From Candidatus Thalassarchaeaceae archaeon (lineage in GTDB: Archaea; Thermoplasmatota; Poseidoniia; Poseidoniales; Thalassarchaeaceae): DNA of 19,329 bases. Of this stretch, positions 17,748 to 19,329 are shown piece after piece. The position numbers and the translations under genes were made by a program. Numbering within the stretch: the first letter of the stretch is position 1; every line of letters starts with the position of its first letter. Below the pieces are notes generated by a model. That model worked only from the letters and a program-made list of their open reading frames with translations, did no database searches and was not told where the DNA came from. Where the stretch lies: the NCBI GenBank assembly GCA_030747675.1, contig JASLKH010000072.1:1-19329 (forward strand), written 5' to 3'.

Positions 17748-18778
17748 TTATTTATGATTTTTACCCCATTACCTTTCATCATTGCAATGAAGCGGTCAGC
17801 ATGCTCATGAAGTGCTTCAGGGGGCAAGACACCGAATTGAGTAAAGACACCTTCAATCATCATTTCCACAACTTCAATTGTAACTAAACCGGTAGTCCTT
17901 GCCATCGAAGACCATCCACCCTGGCCTTCATCGATAATTTCCCATCGATGCATCTCTCCGTCCGCATGAATTTCGACAGCTAGCCATGTGAATTCAGGTC
18001 GAGTGGAATTGAATTTCCAACTTTCGATCAATTCTTCCTCGTTGATTGGATCAAGGTCAATATATCGCTGGATATGCCCCGGCCATCGAACCGTATACTC
18101 GGCCAGATCGTCACAAAGGATAGTATCCAGAAGGCTACGTAACCCATCAGTCAGAAATGCCTCCATTTCACCATATCCAGTGACTTGGACAGAATGTCTC
18201 TCCGTCAATGCTGGTGCTGCAATATTTTTACCGCCACGCCGAATTCTAGCGGGCCTTGTATATTCTTCAATTACATCAGAGGGGGAAAAAGGTGCCATGT
18301 ACGACCAATCAGCATCTGGTTTCTGTGGATTTCCACCTACCCATATACGAACTCTGTCGACCTTGGACGCATCGTTCTGGACTTTTCCAATCAAAATATT
18401 TGACATACCAGGTGCAATACCTATATCGTAAATTAGTAAACTACCATTATTTTTTGCCAATATGTCCAGTTCTCTTGGATCTTCTGAAGTGAATGCTAAA
18501 TCAGCTACCATGATCCCTTTTATGGATATCAAAGACTTCCTTATTTTATGGCCAAACCTCCCCGGCAGGCAATTGACAACTACTGCTGCCTCTCCAATTA
18601 AATCATCTAGTTTTTGTGAAACATCAATTCGACTTTGAATTCCTTGAATACGATTAGGTAAATTTTCCAATACACCCTCGTCGGCATCAATTAATCGAAT
18701 CTCGTGCCCTTTACTTGCAAGATTGAATGCAATAAATCGGCCGACAAGTCCCCCGCCTAGCACACAGATGCGAACCAT
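17726..18778 (-). CDS. Saccharopine dehydrogenase / lysine 6-dehydrogenase-family NAD(P)-dependent oxidoreductase
   Basis: MVRICVLGGGLVG Rossmann start at ATG 18778; VVNCLPGRFG, DIGIAPGMSN, APFSPSDVIEEYTRPARI, LEAF-like MEAFLTDGLRSL, YTVRWPGH, SMARTTG. Confidence 0.9.
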   Translation of the reverse strand: MVRICVLGGGLVGRFIAFNLASKGHEIRLIDADEGVLENLPNRIQGIQSRIDVSQKLDDLIGEAAVVVNCLPGRFGHKIRKSLISIKGIMVADLAFTSEDPRELDILAKNNGSLLIYDIGIAPGMSNILIGKVQNDASKVDRVRIWVGGNPQKPDADWSYMAPFSPSDVIEEYTRPARIRRGGKNIAAPALTERHSVQVTGYGEMEAFLTDGLRSLLDTILCDDLAEYTVRWPGHIQRYIDLDPINEEELIESWKFNSTRPEFTWLAVEIHADGEMHRWEIIDEGQGGWSSMARTTGLVTIEVVEMMIEGVFTQFGVLPPEALHEHADRFIAMMKGNGVKIINNHSSSSE

Positions 18779-18868
18779 GTCCCGGGAATACGATGTACAC
18801 GTCAAACCATCGGCCGCAGGCTGTAGAGACCCGACGACTTGAAAGCCGCTTTGAGTTCGGCATGGTCG

Positions 18869-19329
18869 ATGGTAGACATTGACCCATGGTCTAGCCAGGT
18901 CTCTACGGACTATGAGCGAATTGTGCAGCAGTTCGGTTTGGACTCTATCCCAATCACACAAATTCAAAACCCTTCAATGCACCATCGGCGAGGTATTATT
19001 TTCGCACATCGAGATATTGGAAACATCATTCAGGCACAGTCTCGAGGTGAAGCATTTGGAGTCATGACTGGCTTGATGCCTAGCGGGAAAATGCATTTGG
19101 GACATAAAATGGTTATCGATCAAGTACGGTGGTTCCAAGAGCAAGGTGCTGATGTCACCATTGCAGTTGCTGATTTAGAAGCAAATGCAACCCGCGGATT
19201 TAGCCTAGATGAATGTCGGAAAGTTGCCCTTGAAGAATATGTTTCAAATTATGTTGCTATGGGGTTGGATCCAGAAAAAACTCAGATTTATTTCCAGAGC
19301 ACCAGGCCTATAGTTCAACGAATGGGTTT
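18869..19329 (+). CDS. trpS: Tryptophanyl-tRNA synthetase, archaeal type (3'-truncated; not in the ORF track)
   Basis: Manual translation: MVDIDPWSSQVSTDYERIVQQFGL...RRGIIFAHRD...VMTGLMPSGKMHLGHKMV...VADLEANATRG...GLDPEKTQIYFQS. HLGH is the class I HIGH motif. The frame is open to the window end. Confidence 0.95.
   Translation, partial: MVDIDPWSSQVSTDYERIVQQFGLDSIPITQIQNPSMHHRRGIIFAHRDIGNIIQAQSRGEAFGVMTGLMPSGKMHLGHKMVIDQVRWFQEQGADVTIAVADLEANATRGFSLDECRKVALEEYVSNYVAMGLDPEKTQIYFQSTRPIVQRMG

Noticed and set aside
18779-18967. 63-aa N-terminal extension of the dehydrogenase ORF and the 62-aa ORF at 18879-19067
   Set aside because: Both overlap the trpS coding region. The Rossmann motif starts at ATG 18778, and trpS uses another frame from 18869.

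Overview
A densely packed, gene-rich chromosomal segment of about 22 CDSs. I found no tRNA, rRNA, CRISPR array, integrase or transposase. The informational genes are archaeal: rps3ae/eS1, an archaeal-type TrpRS and a COG1325-like RNA-binding protein. They sit among bacterial-type metabolic genes: thyA-folA, a PlsC acyltransferase, TrhO, an FdxA-type 7Fe ferredoxin and an aryl-sulfate sulfotransferase. This mix, plus a C-terminal 'GLPEGWTLEQWEHYGQQYL' tail, points to Marine Group II Euryarchaeota (Ca. Poseidoniales); that assignment is an inference from recalled family knowledge, not a search. Both ends are truncated genes: CDS1 is open back to base 1, and trpS runs off the right end and is absent from the ORF track. 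The best leads are: (i) a DtxR/IdeR-box-like inverted repeat upstream of the ferredoxin gene, in a window that also encodes a DtxR-type regulator with a remodelled ancillary metal site; (ii) ribosomal protein eS1 fused to a SAP/HeH domain through an acidic microsatellite linker; (iii) a structured leader touching the eS1 Shine-Dalgarno; (iv) a MazG gene coupled to a conserved unknown gene of a family I recall from eukaryotes and giant viruses. None is proven to be a new system. All family assignments come from motif recognition by eye.
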